Origin: Eledone cirrhosa
Taxonomy: Eukaryota
Direction: 5' to 3'
Assembly: GCA_964016885.1 (NCBI GenBank)
Contig: OZ024749.1
Coordinates: 2,480,001-2,544,000, forward strand
Length of the DNA: 64,000 nucleotides
The notes under the pieces were generated by a model. The model was not told the origin of the DNA. It ran no database searches and saw nothing but the letters and a program-made list of their open reading frames with translations. Shown in pieces: positions 40,822 through 55,478 of the stretch. Both the position numbers and the translations under genes were made by a program. Numbering within the stretch: position 1 is the stretch's first letter; every line of letters starts with the position of its first letter.

Positions 40822-41625
40822 GTACACCTCGCCACATGACATATCACTACACCCCGCCATATCACTACACCCCGCCATATCACTACACCCCACCATATTA
40901 CTACACCCCATCATATTACTACACCCTGCCACATGACATATCACTACACGCCGCCACATGACATATCACTACACCCCACCATATTACTACACCCCATCAT
41001 ATTACTACACCCTGCCACATGACATATCACTACACGCCGCCACATGACATATCACTACACCCCGCCATATTACTACACCCCGCCATATTACTACACCCCG
41101 CTATATCACTACACCCCGCCATATCACTGCACCCCGCCATATGACATATCACTACACTCCGCCATATTACTACACCCCATCATATTACTACACCCTGCCA
41201 CATGACATATCACTACACTCCGCCATATGACATATCACTACACCCCGCCACATGACATATCACTATACCCCGCCACATGACATATCACTATACCCCGCCA
41301 CATGACATATCACTACACTCCGCCATATGACATATCACTACACCCCGCCACATGACATATCACTATACCCCGCCACATCACTACACCCCGCCACACGACA
41401 TATCACTACACTCCGCCATATCACCACACACCGCCATATCACTACACCCCGCCACATGACATATCACCACATCCCGCCATATCACCACACCCCGCCACAT
41501 GACGTATCACTACACCCCGCCACATCACTACACCCCGCCACACGACATATCACTACACTCCGCCATATCACCACACACCGCCATATCACTACACCCCGCC
41601 ACATCACTACACCCCGCCATGATAC
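40822..41625. repeat. Compound 18/23-bp minisatellite (atatcactacaccccgcc +/- acatg)
   Basis: Direct reading. Confidence 0.95.
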
Positions 41626-41745
41626 TACCAACTCCTCTAAAACATGTCATTGAAAATAAACGAAGTAGTAAAGTCAGAAGTAGTTTCTAAAATATATTGA
41701 TTAACTGTTAAAGAGGAAGTGGGTTTCAGTGTGATGTGATCTTAC

Positions 41746-41815
41746 AGCCAGCCTGGCGCCGAGTCAGTTAATTCCACTGTAATAAATATCGATCCCGGGA
41801 GCTGCCTAGATGTTA
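41746..41815 (-). CDS. Candidate 70-nt internal exon of an unidentified host gene
   Basis: Minus strand ttctctctccattattctttcag|...|gtaagat; single open frame xTSRQLPGSIFITVELTDSAPGW; no recognised homology. Confidence 0.4.
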
Positions 41816-42105
41816 CTGAAAGAATAATGGAGAGAGAATTGCTATACACACACACGCACACACACACACACATATATATATGTATACTCATGTATGTATA
41901 TATATACATGTGTATATGTGTATATGTGTATATATATGGCGTGTGAAGGGCTTTGTTCGACACACACGTTCGGTTTAATCAAGCGGGCAATGTTAGTGCT
42001 AAGAGATACACTTATATTTGTTAGGTGAATGTGTGTCGTTGAGACGTAGCAACAATCAATAAAACCATGAATATATATATATATATGTGTGTGTGTGTGC
42101 GTGTG

Positions 42106-42193
<88 letters not shown>

Positions 42194-42209
42194 TATAATT
42201 GAAGTATTT

Positions 42210-42245
<36 letters not shown>

Positions 42246-42263
42246 AAGTATTTCCACACACAA

Positions 42264-42300
<37 letters not shown>

Positions 42301-42926
42301 ATTGAAGTATTTCCATATATATATATATATATATGACAGTAAGAAATAACTGATAACAATAAGCAAAAGGTGAGAGGTTTTTCAGGGTGTATTGGTGAAA
42401 GACTTTTCATCGTTTCATCGATTATATCGACTCTATTTGTCTCACACATCACTTTATCGACCATGTAATGACAAAAGGTGAAGTCGACATATATGGACTT
42501 TCAGCTCACAACTCGGAATCTATCACTCTTCATATTCTACTTTATTGATCTCTGAATTAGACACAAACGTCAGAAGTAAATCGAAGAAGGATTGGTGTGA
42601 AGGAGAGTCTTTATTACTCTGACACATAGAAAGAATTGCAGACAAATTTGATATTCCGGGGCACTTGAACTCCAGTACCAAAGATAGGGGACTTGATATC
42701 ACAATGTATCTGTGCTCAGGCCATCGTGTTATTATGGCAGGACATGGTCTAGTAATCCTATACAGGCCCTCAATGAAGCCAACATTGAGCTGATTGGGCT
42801 TTATTTTCATAGTATAGTCAGACCCGGAATGTGATTTATTTTAATGCTTTTCAGCACGCTTGGACCGAAAGAAAAATGTTATATTATTCCCAGACTGGAA
42901 ATCTCAAAAACTGTCCCCGAATGAGC

Positions 42927-43165
42927 GCAATTGACAGTTTACCCCTAGATATCCTGAAGGACCGCAATCAACAGGTTACGGCCAGATATCTTAAAGAACT
43001 GCAATCGACAGATTACCGCTAAATATCATGAAGGACTCCAATCGACAGGTTACCTCTAGATATCCTGAAAGACTGCAATCGACAGGTTACCTCTAGATAT
43101 CCTGAAGGACTGCAATCGACAGAGTATCGTTAGATATCTTGAAGGACTGCAATCGACAGGGTACC
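42927..43165. repeat. 37-bp minisatellite, ~6 degenerate copies
   Basis: gcaatcgacaggttacctctagatatcctgaaggact. Confidence 0.92.
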
Positions 43166-45819
43166 GTTAGATATCTTGAAGGACAAAAAGTGGTGTTAAA
43201 ACAGACAAGCTATTTAAACAACCACTCAACTATTCCAGAAGGGAAATATCTCCGATATGTATCACGCGTTTTGTGAGCCAAATTTAATCCTCATGGACCT
43301 GACAAATCCGAGATTATAGCAAAAGTTAGAAGTTAGTCCTACAAAGGTGCGACAGAGAAGGTCGATCAGGTTATCACATAATTACAATACGAGATATTTC
43401 AGAATGCAGCCATATTGAATTCATGAATTCCTTTTACAATATACTGTAATACTTAAGTATATACAAACTACATTAGACTATTGGTAATTATATTGAGCAA
43501 CGTTGTTACACTGTATTGCACTACGAAATGATATACAAATAAATACATAATAGTGTTTTAATATTTTTCTTTTTTCAGAAATCAATTTTCAGATATGACT
43601 CTTCAATGAACTTATTTAGAACAACAGAGAGAGTATATAAAAACCAGCCACCATTGAACAAACAAACAAACAAAAACAAAACAAACAAACCATTTCCATA
43701 AAAATCTATAGCAGGAAAAAAAAGGAATAATTCGTTAGACCCAACATTTTCTCCATCGTGTGTAAATCGCGAACATAATCAATGACCTTAAAACACAGAC
43801 GATGATTTGGCGCCAAAATTCGATAGATCACTGATGAGTCACTGTATTATTCCATCCGCCATGTTTACTGGGACAAAATTATAAGGAAATACTGAGATAT
43901 GTTAAATAGGTTTAATATTATATTCACCTTGAAGCCATGCTTGATTAGTTCACTTTATTGCCTGTCTTTGTCAACAAGTCTAACGAAGCGTTAAGGAATT
44001 ATAGGATCCGCCATACATTAATGCAGTCATCCATACACACACATTTACATACACACATACTGTCGTACTATAACACACACACACAATGGCTCCATAAAAC
44101 ACACTCATGCACTACTCACAACACACACAAACACTGCTCACAACACACACACACACTGTTCACAATACACACACACACACTGCTTACAACACACACACAC
44201 AGGTCACAACACACAGAAACACTGCTTACAACACACACACACACACTGGTCACAACACACAGAAACACTGCTCACAACACACACACTGCTCACAACACAC
44301 ACAAGTAAACAGTGACACATCACACACATACATTCTTTAAGTCATACACACTTATAACAGGACGTACACACACAATCGGAGTCAACACATGAATAAGGAG
44401 AAATAAATCAATCTATTTACATATAAACTTGTATATATCATAATCATTCTCAGCTGTTTTACGTGTATATAACATAATTAGACACATATACAGCTACCCA
44501 TACATATGCACATTCATATATGTATTTGCAGAGACTTACACTCAGGCACTCTCAATCAAATACATATTTCTATATTTCTTATCTATTTTATATCAGTGAG
44601 TGGCAGCTACTTGCTATAAAAGTTTCGCCAGAGGGTGAATGTATATATCCTTGTATTGCTCTCTCAGATATCTGTGTGGCCGGTCTGCGGCCATGATATA
44701 TCACTACCTTATAGAGTTTAAACAGTCAATCATACTGTTTCAGTCTTCTATTAACAAACTAGATCTCTTTATGTTAAACTTATTTTACGAGACACGAAAG
44801 GACACAACGTAAAATAAAGAGTGATTTTTTACCGACATAACCGTACACACACTCCCATCAACAAACAGATAGACATACTTATACACACTGATGCTGGCAT
44901 CTTTGTACATGTGTATGTAGCAGGTAGTTTCAGCACGTTCGTGTACTGCTTGTATTATGGTTGTAATGTTCAAGAGAAATACCGAAGAAGCTGGTGATTA
45001 TTGATTGGCAGACTACTGAAACAGTCTACGAATAGATTCAAGTTATATCACCTTGAATCAATTACTTCCGGAGACCTTGTAACGTTGTAATCGAAGATAA
45101 AAAATATCTTTCTTGTGAATCTTTGTGACCACTGACTCAGGAAAGACATCTTCATGAACGCCACCAAAGATGAATGAGAAAAGTTCTCAAAGTTTGGCTG
45201 AGATTTTCTTTTTGTTCTGAATGGCTGAAATAAACCTGGTCGATTACGACGATCACCTTTCCAGTTGTTCGATCAAAGGAACAGCAGGAAATCAAGGCAA
45301 GTGTCTAATCATTCTGCAGAAACGTGTTCGGGCAGAATCAACGTGATACACTGTGTATCAAGGTTGATCCTTGATATTACAGCTACAGAACATCTGATAT
45401 GTTTCAAAGAGGTTTCCATTTGTCAAGGTTGACTCACAAAGCATGGCTGTCTCAATGCTGTAAAATCCGGGACCTAATGATTTCTAAGTGTACTCATTAA
45501 CACTTGGGATCAGCTGCTTCCACTATCTAATATAAAAATCCCTTCTGGCCGGTTATGTTTGCAAGAAAATGAATTTCGTGGGAAACATTCAATATTTATT
45601 TCGCTTTTTCTAATAGAATCCTTAAAAACCAACAAAAACACGACTGTATTCCGTATCTATTATTAGTTAGCTCTGTTATCTTTAGAATCAAAGAATGTTT
45701 TAGAACTTCCATTTCCAGCTCAGTGCAATGGAGTCGAAAGGTAAATGTATCCCAAGGAATTTAGCAAAGAATATTTGAAATAATTGATAGCTTTCATCTT
45801 TGTTTTGAAGATAATAATA

Positions 45820-46204
45820 ATAATTGTTTCTACTTTTGGCACAAGGCCAGCAATAACCCAGTACATTACTGGTACTTTTATTTTATCGACCCGGTAAGGA
45901 TGAAAGGCAAAGTTAACCTCGACAGGATTTGAACTCAGACCGTAAAGGGACGTAACTATGCTGGAAAGCATGGCGTCCGACCCTCTACCAATACTGTCAA
46001 TAGGCACAAGGCCAGTAATTTGGGGGAGGGGAAAGTCGATTAAATCGACCCCAGTGAGTAACTGGTACTTTATTATATCGACACCGTAAGGATGAAAGGC
46101 AAAGCTAACCATGGCGTGATTAGAACTTAGACCATAAAGGGCCGTAACTCTATGCTGCAAAGCATTGTATCTGACACTCTACCGATTCTGCCAATCCACC
46201 ACCC

Positions 46205-46254
<50 letters not shown>

Positions 46255-46421
46255 TGTTTCTACATTTGGTACAAGGCCAGCAATTACCCAGTAGATTACT
46301 GGTACTTTATTTTAATAATTGTTTCTAATTTAGGCACAAGGCCAGCTATTAAACCAGTGTATGACTGGTACTTTATTTTATCGACCCAGTAAGGATGAAA
46401 GGCAAAGCTAACCTCGGCGGG

Positions 46422-46457
<36 letters not shown>

Positions 46458-47450
46458 GTTTCTACTTTAGGCACAATGCCAGCAATTCGAAGGGGGGGGG
46501 GAGTCGATACATCGGGTCCAGTGCGTTACTGGTATGTCATTTTATCGACCCAGTAACATAAAACATCAGTAATGCATTATCATTAATTGCTAACCTAGTG
46601 TTTTCTGTGAACCCGAACTTGAGCGACAAAAAGGTAAGGGGATATTGAAACATACCAGGATCCTGTTAGGGGGATAAGGAGGTTGAGGAGGTCAACACAT
46701 AAGAAAACCTCTTTGTTATTTGTGTATTAGGGACTGGTACAAACACAGAATAGAAAGATACCCGAATTTAAGACAAAATACAGTATTGATCCAAACTCTT
46801 AACTGGGTACAGCAATAATTGCCAAAAAGGTCCTGGAGCTCTAAAGAAACCACTTGTGACCCCAACTTTACTAATATACTAATTACAACAACAAATAAAT
46901 GTTTCTACTTTAGGCACAAGGCCAGCAATTACCCAGTACACTACTGGTACTTTATTTTAACGACCCCGTAAGGATGAAAGGCAAAGTTAACCTAGGCGGG
47001 ATTTGAACTCAGACCGTAAAGGGACGTAACTATGCTGGAAAGCATGGTGTCCGACCCTCTACCGATACTGCCAATCCACAACAACAACAAATAATGATTT
47101 CTAGTATAGGCACAAGGCCAGTAATTTTTTTGGGTGGGCGGGTGGGGGGTTGATTAAATCGACCCCAGTGTATTACTGGTATTTTATTATTTCGACCCCG
47201 TAAGGATGAAAGGCAAAGCTAACCTCGGCGCGATTAGAACTCATAAAGTAAAAGGCCATAACTCTATGGTGCAAAGCATGTCCGACGCTCTACCGATTCT
47301 GCCAATGTAATAGTAATAATGATAATAATTGTTTCTACTTTAGGCACAAGGCCAGCAATTATCCCAGTGTATTACTGGTACTTTATTTTAACGACCCCGT
47401 AAGGATGAAAAGCAAAGTTAACCTCGGCGGGATTTGAACTCAGATCGTAG
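45820..47450 (-). mobile_element. Head-to-tail array of ~8 full or partial SINEs separated by (TAA)n
   Basis: Repeated aattgtttctactttaggcacaaggccagc...ggatgaaaggcaaag units, all in the same orientation. Confidence 0.92.
46560..46860 (+). pseudogene. R4/Dong-like non-LTR C-terminal fragment
   Basis: IETYQDPVRGIRRL...FVICVLGT...LGTAIIAKKVLEL* (frameshifted). Confidence 0.6.
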
Positions 47451-47916
47451 TAATAATGATAATAATGATTTGTTTATTAACCACAAAGGGTCCATAATGA
47501 GAAAACGGAATTTTTGTAACCGTTTGACTGATTAGAACTTTGATAAATGTGGAATTAATTTATTGAAAATAGACACTGCTAATGAAATATAGGGTTTTAA
47601 TTATTTTATACAGGAAAGAGAGACAGAATGAGTGAGTAGGTGGGGGGAAGTGGGGGTGATGGAGAAAGTGTGAGGGAGAGAGAGAGTGTGAGTGAGTGAA
47701 TGAGTGGTAAAGGGACAGAGAGTGGGAGAATGAGAACGAGTCAGAGAGGAGGGTGAGAGAAACAGAGAAGAGAGGGTGAGAGAGAGAGAGAGAAGAGAGG
47801 AGAGCGAGAAGAGAGGAGAGGAGAGCGAGAGAGAGAAGAGAGGGATAAGAGAGAGAGAAGAGAGGAGAGCGAGAAGAGAGAGAGAAGAGAGGAGAGCGAG
47901 AAGAGAGGGAAGAGAG

Positions 47917-47965
<49 letters not shown>

Positions 47966-48039
47966 AGGAGGGTGATAGAGAGAGAAGAGAGGAGAGTGAT
48001 AGAGAGAGAAGAGAGGAGAGCGAGAGAGAGAGAGGAGAG

Positions 48040-48082
<43 letters not shown>

Positions 48083-48439
48083 AGGATGAGAGAGAGAGAA
48101 GAGCGAGAACGGAGGAGAGCGAGAGAGAGAGAATAGAGGAGAGAGAGAGAAGAAAGAGAGAGAAGAAGAGAGAGAGAAACCCTCAATAGATATTTCCAAA
48201 AAAAGATATACCAATAAGAAATTACGACACACACACATTCACACATACAGACACACACATTCACACACATTCACACATACAGACACATACATTCACACAT
48301 ACAGACACACACATTCACACATACAGACACACACATTCACACATACAGACACACACATTCACACACATTCACACATACAGACACATACACACGTGTTTCT
48401 ATCTCACTCATTCTCCTGTTCAGCACTGTGTCACTGGAA

Positions 48440-49010
48440 GTACAAATAGGGGTGTGTGTATGTTTCTTGTGTGCTTCTATGTGTGTGTTTGCGTGCTTCT
48501 GTGTGTGTATGTTTGTGTGCTTCTGTGTGTGTGTTTGCGTGATTCGGTGTGTGTATGTTTGTGTGTGTGTGTGCTGCTATGTCTGTGTTTGGGTTCTTCT
48601 GTGTGTGTACTTGTGTGCTTCTGTGTGTGCGTTTGTGTGCTTCTGTGTGTGCGTGTGAGTGCTTCTGTGTGTGTGTGTTTGTGTGCTTATGTGTATGTGT
48701 GTTTGCTTCTGTGTGTATGTTTCTTGTGTGCTTCTGTGTGTGTGTGTGTGTGCTTCTGTGTGTGCGTTTGAATGCTACTGTGTGTGTGTGTTTGTGTGTT
48801 TGTGTGCTTCTGTGTGTGTGTGTGTGTGTGCTTATGTGTGTATGTTTCTTGTGTGCTTCTATGTGTATGTATTTGTGTGCTTCTGTGTGTGTGTTTGTGT
48901 GCTTCTGTGTGTATGTTTGTGTGCTTCTGTGTGTGTGTTTGTGTGCTTCTGTGTGTATGTTTGTGTGCTTCTGTGTGTGTGTTTCTGTGCTTATGTGTGT
49001 ATGTTTGTGT
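48440..49010. repeat. Compound (GT)n repeat punctuated by gcttct
   Basis: Direct reading. Confidence 0.95.
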
Positions 49011-49755
49011 ACGGACGTACTCCGTTGGTGTGTTGGAGTAAGAGGTGTGCTGTAGCTGTTCTGTCACATTACAGTCTGAGTTCAAATCCCATCGACATCT
49101 TCGTCGCCGTTTCATTATCCCAGGAGTGGTGACACTAAATTAAGATCATGTCGTCGATCAGGGACTAGAACCATTGTAATCGATTAACACACGGTTTGTG
49201 CCTATTTGAGGAGTCAATATTTTCTGTATAGTTCTCAATGTCAATGAGACACTCGCGAGGTTTTATTTGAACTTTCATCGTTTTTGTCGACGTAATTCTA
49301 TCAATGTTGTATCTAATAATTATTTTATTTCATAGAAAAATAAAATGTTAGATTGAGAAGAATGGACTGTAAAATATAGAGAAAAAAGGGAAGGGGAGGA
49401 AATGGTAAGAATTCTAGTGTCAGAGAAGAATGGGGTGGGGAAAGGGGTGGGGAGTGGGCCCGGTGGAAGAAGGGCTGCGGACAAGACAATTTATTCTCGC
49501 GGATAGTGTGGCTTTGTACTTAGAGTCCAATGTTTTGTGTCCTTGAGACACTTTATTTGCCGTTGTTCCAAGCCACTGGGATATAACTCTAATTCCAATC
49601 ACCTTCTCACTGATTGTGTCATTCTGAATCATCCTAAAACCAAGGGAACTTCTAGCCTTGGAAGACTCAGCCACATTCCAACTGGAAAACGCATCGTCAT
49701 AACCGATGGAGTTTACACACTGTTTTATTCAAATTATTACTTCTTTTGTGCTTAA

Positions 49756-50280
49756 GGCGGTGGAGAGGCTGAGTCGTTAGAAGGTCTGATAGAAGTTTTA
49801 TGGTATTCGTAGTGGCTCTCTACTCTTTGAGTTCAAATCCTTCCGTGGTTGTCTTTGCCTTTCATACTTTCGAGGTCGATAAATAAAGTACTATTCTAGT
49901 ACTGGAGTCGATTCTTACTCTACATTTCTTTCTCATTTTCCTTTCTCTGGAAGAAATCTGCTGGAGAGGGATGAGCTCCGCAGACTTAAATTGCCCAAGA
50001 AACGCCGATTGTCATTTACGGCACCCGTACGACTCTATCAGGAGGTATGATATCATACCATACCATTACTTCTTCGTGATTTGGGCAGTGGTGTGGCAGA
50101 ATCGGTAGCACGTCGGATGACATGCATTGCGGCATTAGTTACGTACTTTTACGGTGTGAGTTCAAATTCCACCGATGTTAATTTTGTCTTTCAACCTTGC
50201 GGAGTCTATAAAATAAAGTACCAGTAATAGACTTTCCCTTCCTCCAAATTGTTGGCCTTGTGCCAAAACGAAAAAAAACA
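49756..50280 (+). mobile_element. Two degenerate SINE copies (~49756-49910, ~50083-50280)
   Basis: gagttcaaatcc...ttgcctttcat...aaataaagta motifs. Confidence 0.8.
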
Positions 50281-50903
50281 TTATTTTCTTCATATCTGTA
50301 ACGGATTCCGATGTCTTTACTGATTTCATTTTGAATTCTTTTTTTATATTGGAAATTTTATTCAAAAGCAAAAAAAACAAACCTTATTTAGTTAGAAAAA
50401 ATAAAAAGGAGGGGGGGGGGGCATAAGGAAAGAAAAGGGAAATATAGAAAAAAAGAAAAGCGAGAAAGAAAGAGGGTGGGTGGGTGGTAAGAGCTCTGGT
50501 GTCACAGAAGAGAGGGAGGTGGTGTTTGGGCTTTGGGTTGAAGTATACTTGAAGTGTTTATCAGAAATCAGTGATCACTTCAATATACTGCTTTTTTACC
50601 ATTTTTGTTTTTTAAGAAAGTACAAAGACACACACACACATACACGTGCACACATACACACACACGCACACACACATACGCGCACTCACACATACACAGG
50701 CGCAAACACATACACATACATGTATATATATATATACGGGATAACAAATTATTGTTATAGGTAGTCCACTTAGATGTAGTCCAGTTAGGGTACTCCGAGT
50801 AGTGGATAGTATTAACGCTTGGCTAAGTTTGACTCAACAAGGCGTTTCCATAGTGATGGTGCGAGTACGCGGTGATTTCTATGTAGTTTACAGTTGGAGT
50901 ATG

Positions 50904-51401
50904 ATAAATCAAGAAAGAAGAGTGACACGGTTTGCTACACAATAAGGGCTTTATTCACATTGCTGACAATTGTTTCTCTGAACTGGTAGGTCTAGAGATC
51001 GCTACCCGCCTGTTTCTGCGTCAATCGATCACCAATACATAGTTATAACCAGTCAATTCACCAGAGCTTGCGAGAATGAAGGAAATACACAGGCATGGCT
51101 ACTATAAATAGTAGTAATGGCATTAAATCAGAACCATAATAACAATACTAACAATGCTAGCAATAAATTAGTTGAAATAATCACAACATCAATCTAAGTA
51201 AGACATATAGAGTATACTTATGACTTTAGCATGTAGAACGAGCTGATATGAGGCAGATGTATGAAATTGACATGTAAAAGCTGTCATGGGGAGTATTATA
51301 TATAGTGTAGAGATAACCTGGGGCTTGAAACAAGCAATGTGGTTAAAGAAATGTGATTAAAGCCCTTATTGTATAGCAAACCGTGTCACTCTTCTTTCTT
51401 G

Positions 51402-51406
<5 letters not shown>
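50904..51406. mobile_element. Cassette with ~57-bp terminal inverted repeats next to (TA)n; hammerhead 3' half on minus strand
   Basis: ataaatcaagaaagaagagtgacacggtttgctacacaataagggcttta / taaagcccttattgtatagcaaaccgtgtcactcttctttcttgatttat; minus strand GAAAcaattgTCagca near 50965-50978. Confidence 0.8.
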
Positions 51407-51444
<38 letters not shown>

Positions 51445-51469
51445 GATATATATATATATATATAGACAG

Positions 51470-51506
<37 letters not shown>

Positions 51507-51789
51507 GTTTATTGATATTTTACGTCAACAGTTGTGTTGACATGTTTAGATTTTAATATAAGGAATTCCACAGAAAAGAAAGAAAAGAAATGTCGGAGGT
51601 GGAGATGGAGTAATATAATGATAATATAAGGGAGGGAAAGAAGGAAACAAGTGACAAAGAGAGAGTGTGTGAGGAGAGAGAGGTGGGTGTGAGAGAGAGA
51701 GAGGGGGAGAGAGAGAGGAGAGAGAGAGAATGGGAAAGAGATAGGAGAGAGAGAGAAGGGGAGAGGGGGGGATAGAGAGATTGAGAAGA

Positions 51790-52205
51790 GAGAGAAAGAG
51801 TGAGGAGGAGAGAGTATGAGTGAGGAGGGAAGAGTGTGAGTGAGGAGGAGAGAGTGTAAGTGAAGAGGAGAGGGTGTGAGTGAGAGTAGAGAGTGTGAGT
51901 GAGGAGAGAGTGTAAGTGAGGAGGAGAGAGTGTGAGTGAGGAGGAGAGAGTGTGAGTGAGAGTAGAGAGTGTGAGTGAGAGTAGAGAGTGTGAGTGAAGA
52001 GAGGAGAGTGTGAGTGAGGGGAGGAGAGTGTGAGTGAGGGGAGAGAGTGTGAGTGAGGAGGAGAGTGTGAGTGAGAGTAGAGAGTATGAGTGAGGAGAGG
52101 AGAGTGTGAGTGAGAGGAGAGAGTGTGAGTGAGGAGGAGAGTGTGAGTGAGAGGAGAGAGTATGAGTGAGAGGAGAGTGTGTGAGTGAGGAGGAGAGAGT
52201 GAGAG
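51790..52205. repeat. GA/GT-rich degenerate minisatellite (gagagtgtgagtgaggag)
   Basis: Direct reading. Confidence 0.9.
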
Positions 52206-53432
52206 AAAAGAAGATAGCTTCTGAGTGATGTTAATGTTGGAACAAGTAATAAAAGTTGAAATATTTATGAAATAGGAAGAATTTGGTGACTGGGAGAAAA
52301 GATGGAATGAGAAAACATAAGATATGTCACAGCTATAACACATAAGATATGTCACAGTTATAAAACATAAGATATACGTAACAGTTATAAAAAAAAATAG
52401 AAAACAAAGAAAATAGATTTAACTGAGGAAATGGAAGAGTTGAAGAAATATGAAGAAGATTTAGAATATTTGAAAGTCGCAAAAACAGGAGAGAAATAAA
52501 GTTTAAAAAATTGGGTTTTGAAATAGCGATGAAAAATTAAAACTAATCTGATAAATATGAGATAAAAGGGAAAAAAGATGCTGGATAGGAAGGAAGAATG
52601 GTTAAGGTTAAGAACACGAAACAAACTAATAAGGAACAAAATAAAAATGACATATATATCCTGAAGACAAAGAAGATTTCTTATTATTGAAGAACGCAAG
52701 AAGAAAAATATTAAGAACGTTGTGTGAAAAAATGAAGAAGGAATTGAGGAGAGAAGGAAGACGAAATATAGAAAATAAGATGGAAAGATGGAACTAGAGA
52801 AAACGTTACAAAAAACAAATAAACACACACACACACACATATATATATATGAATACACACACACACACATATATATAAACACACACACACATACTCGAAC
52901 ACACACACGAACAAAAACACACACATATATATATATATAAACACACACACACACACGAACAAGCACACACATATATATATAAACACACATATCTCTATAT
53001 ATATATAAAGACACACACATGCAAAACGTAGATTATACAAAAATTAGAGAAACTTTTAATAGGAAAATATTAATAAAAAATATATAATGAAAATAAAAAT
53101 TATGAGAGGAAAAGAAAGAGAAGAAAGGATATAATATGCAAATCCAGAAGAAAAAAATATATAGAAAAAACAAAATGCCACCAAATTTTCAAAGAATAAA
53201 TTTTTAAGAATAAATAGAAAGTAATATGGGAATTTCAGATATTAAAATATGGAAGACACCCCCAACGTGAAAATATTATTGTTTTAATTTTTTTATCCAA
53301 TTGTCGTATATTTGTAAACTAATCGTAAAATATATTTAAAACTATAAAGTTCAAAGAGTAATACTTTCTCAAAATTCATTCATCCATTCAGAGAGGTACA
53401 CAGAAAAATGAACGACCCCTGACACATATGTG

Positions 53433-53474
<42 letters not shown>

Positions 53475-53660
53475 AAGGTAGTACAGCATAATCGAAGCTC
53501 TGGTTGCGGGCAAGCTGACGAATGCTGTCGGGAATTGCAGCCAAAGGCATTCAATAAGGATTTACCTTACAGTTATAACATTACGTTTAGACAGCTATGA
53601 AAATTTGAAGCCAGCGACCGAAAAACACACCGCCAGGGCCAGATTTATATATAGATGTGT

Positions 53661-53780
<120 letters not shown>

Positions 53781-53905
53781 CAATTAGGTCCGCATATAAA
53801 ATATAGGCGTAAAGACAAACAAAATAGAATATAGAGCAACTGGCTCGGTATGTATACTTACGAAAATGCTATATATTTTCAACTATTCAATACAGAGATC
53901 TATGG

Positions 53906-53944
53906 AGTCCTGATGAAGGGTAATGACCCGGAAAAATGTTGACT
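53906..53944 (+). ncRNA. Degenerate minimal hammerhead
   Basis: agtc-CTGATGA-agggt-aatg-accc-ggaaaaatgtt-gact. Confidence 0.55.
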
Positions 53945-54349
53945 GTTCCTCAAAGCAGAGTGTTGCACAAGCAGGTGACGACCGCTCACTGACACAGCAC
54001 AGCTTTATATCGGGCTCGTTTGTTTACAAACGAATCGAACATTATTATTAATGCTCCATATAACCCATACGTACACATATATATATATATAAGTGTATAT
54101 ATGTGTGTGTGTGTGTGTGTGTATGTGTGTGTCTGTGTGTGTACGTATGCATATTTTCTTATATATATATATGCATGTATAATTTGCGGCAGCTGATTGA
54201 TTTTAGTTTACTTATATAGTGTATCGATTTAGGAAACGAGAGAAAAAAGCTGGTCAGTCTGGCGTAAATAGGAATATATTTGTAGTTATTTTTTCCGTCC
54301 ACATTCCATTTTGTGTACCTAATTCAACCTTCCGGTATAAATATATATG

Positions 54350-54407
<58 letters not shown>

Positions 54408-54439
54408 CAAATATATATATATAAATATATGTATATATA

Positions 54440-54645
54440 AATACGATATTAATAAATGGAAACTATATTTATAAAACCATATTTATTTCATTATACATAT
54501 TTCAGGGATACCAAATTAAATTATGGTATGCCTTCATCAGACAAAATACAATATATAACAGTTTTACAAATGAGCTTTGACGTACCCTTTTAAAATGCAA
54601 CCATTATTTTTGGAAGCCATCTGGATAGTTAAATAGAACTTTTGC
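54440..54645 (-). mobile_element. Family H cassette with hammerhead at 54484-54548
   Basis: Near-identical to 16888-17010; between (TA)n tracts. Confidence 0.88.
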
Positions 54646-54817
54646 ATATATATATAAATATATATATGTAAATATATATATATAAATATATATATATATA
54701 AATATATATATATATAAATATATACATATAAATATATATATATATATAAATATATCCAAATATATATATATAAATATATATATATATAAAAACATATATG
54801 TAAATATATATATGTAA

Positions 54818-54862
<45 letters not shown>

Positions 54863-54900
54863 TATATATATAAATATATAAATATATATATATATATATA

Positions 54901-54974
<74 letters not shown>

Positions 54975-55367
54975 AATATAAAGCATAACAAAATATCGTT
55001 AAAGGTAATCCAATTAGAGGTTGTGAATACTTCTTATTATGGATAGTTTTAGCGTACGGCGTTGCTTGACTCAACAAGGGGTTTACGTGGATGACGAGTT
55101 CATGATTTCACTTGTATTCCTATGTAAGTTTATCTTGGAGTAATAAAATTGAAAAAGTGGAGAATAACATGTTCAACAGTACAAAAAAGGGGATATATTT
55201 GCAGTCTAACAATTGTTTCACTGATTGAGTTGTCTAAAAATTGCTGAACACTAAAAACAGTGCCACTCAATTTTAAATACGATGTTAACTCTACTAGATC
55301 ATCGGAAACTGTTAAAAAAAAAATATATGTAACCGGCAAATTTACAAATTCAAATTACATCATCAAT

Positions 55368-55478
55368 AATAATTGTTTCTACTTTAGGCACAAGGCCAGC
55401 AATTACCCAGTGCATTACTGGTACTTTATTTTATCGACCCCGTAAGGATGAAAGGCAAAGTCAACCTCGGCGGGATTA
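55368..55478 (-). mobile_element. SINE fragment
   Basis: Family motifs. Confidence 0.88.

Noticed and set aside
42523-42810. 95-aa non-repetitive ORF
   Set aside because: No recognisable motif or convincing splice sites; may be decayed transposon sequence.
52400-52810. Glu/Lys-rich coiled-coil-like reading (DLTEEMEELKKYEED)
   Set aside because: A-rich purine tract with frequent stops and no splice signals.
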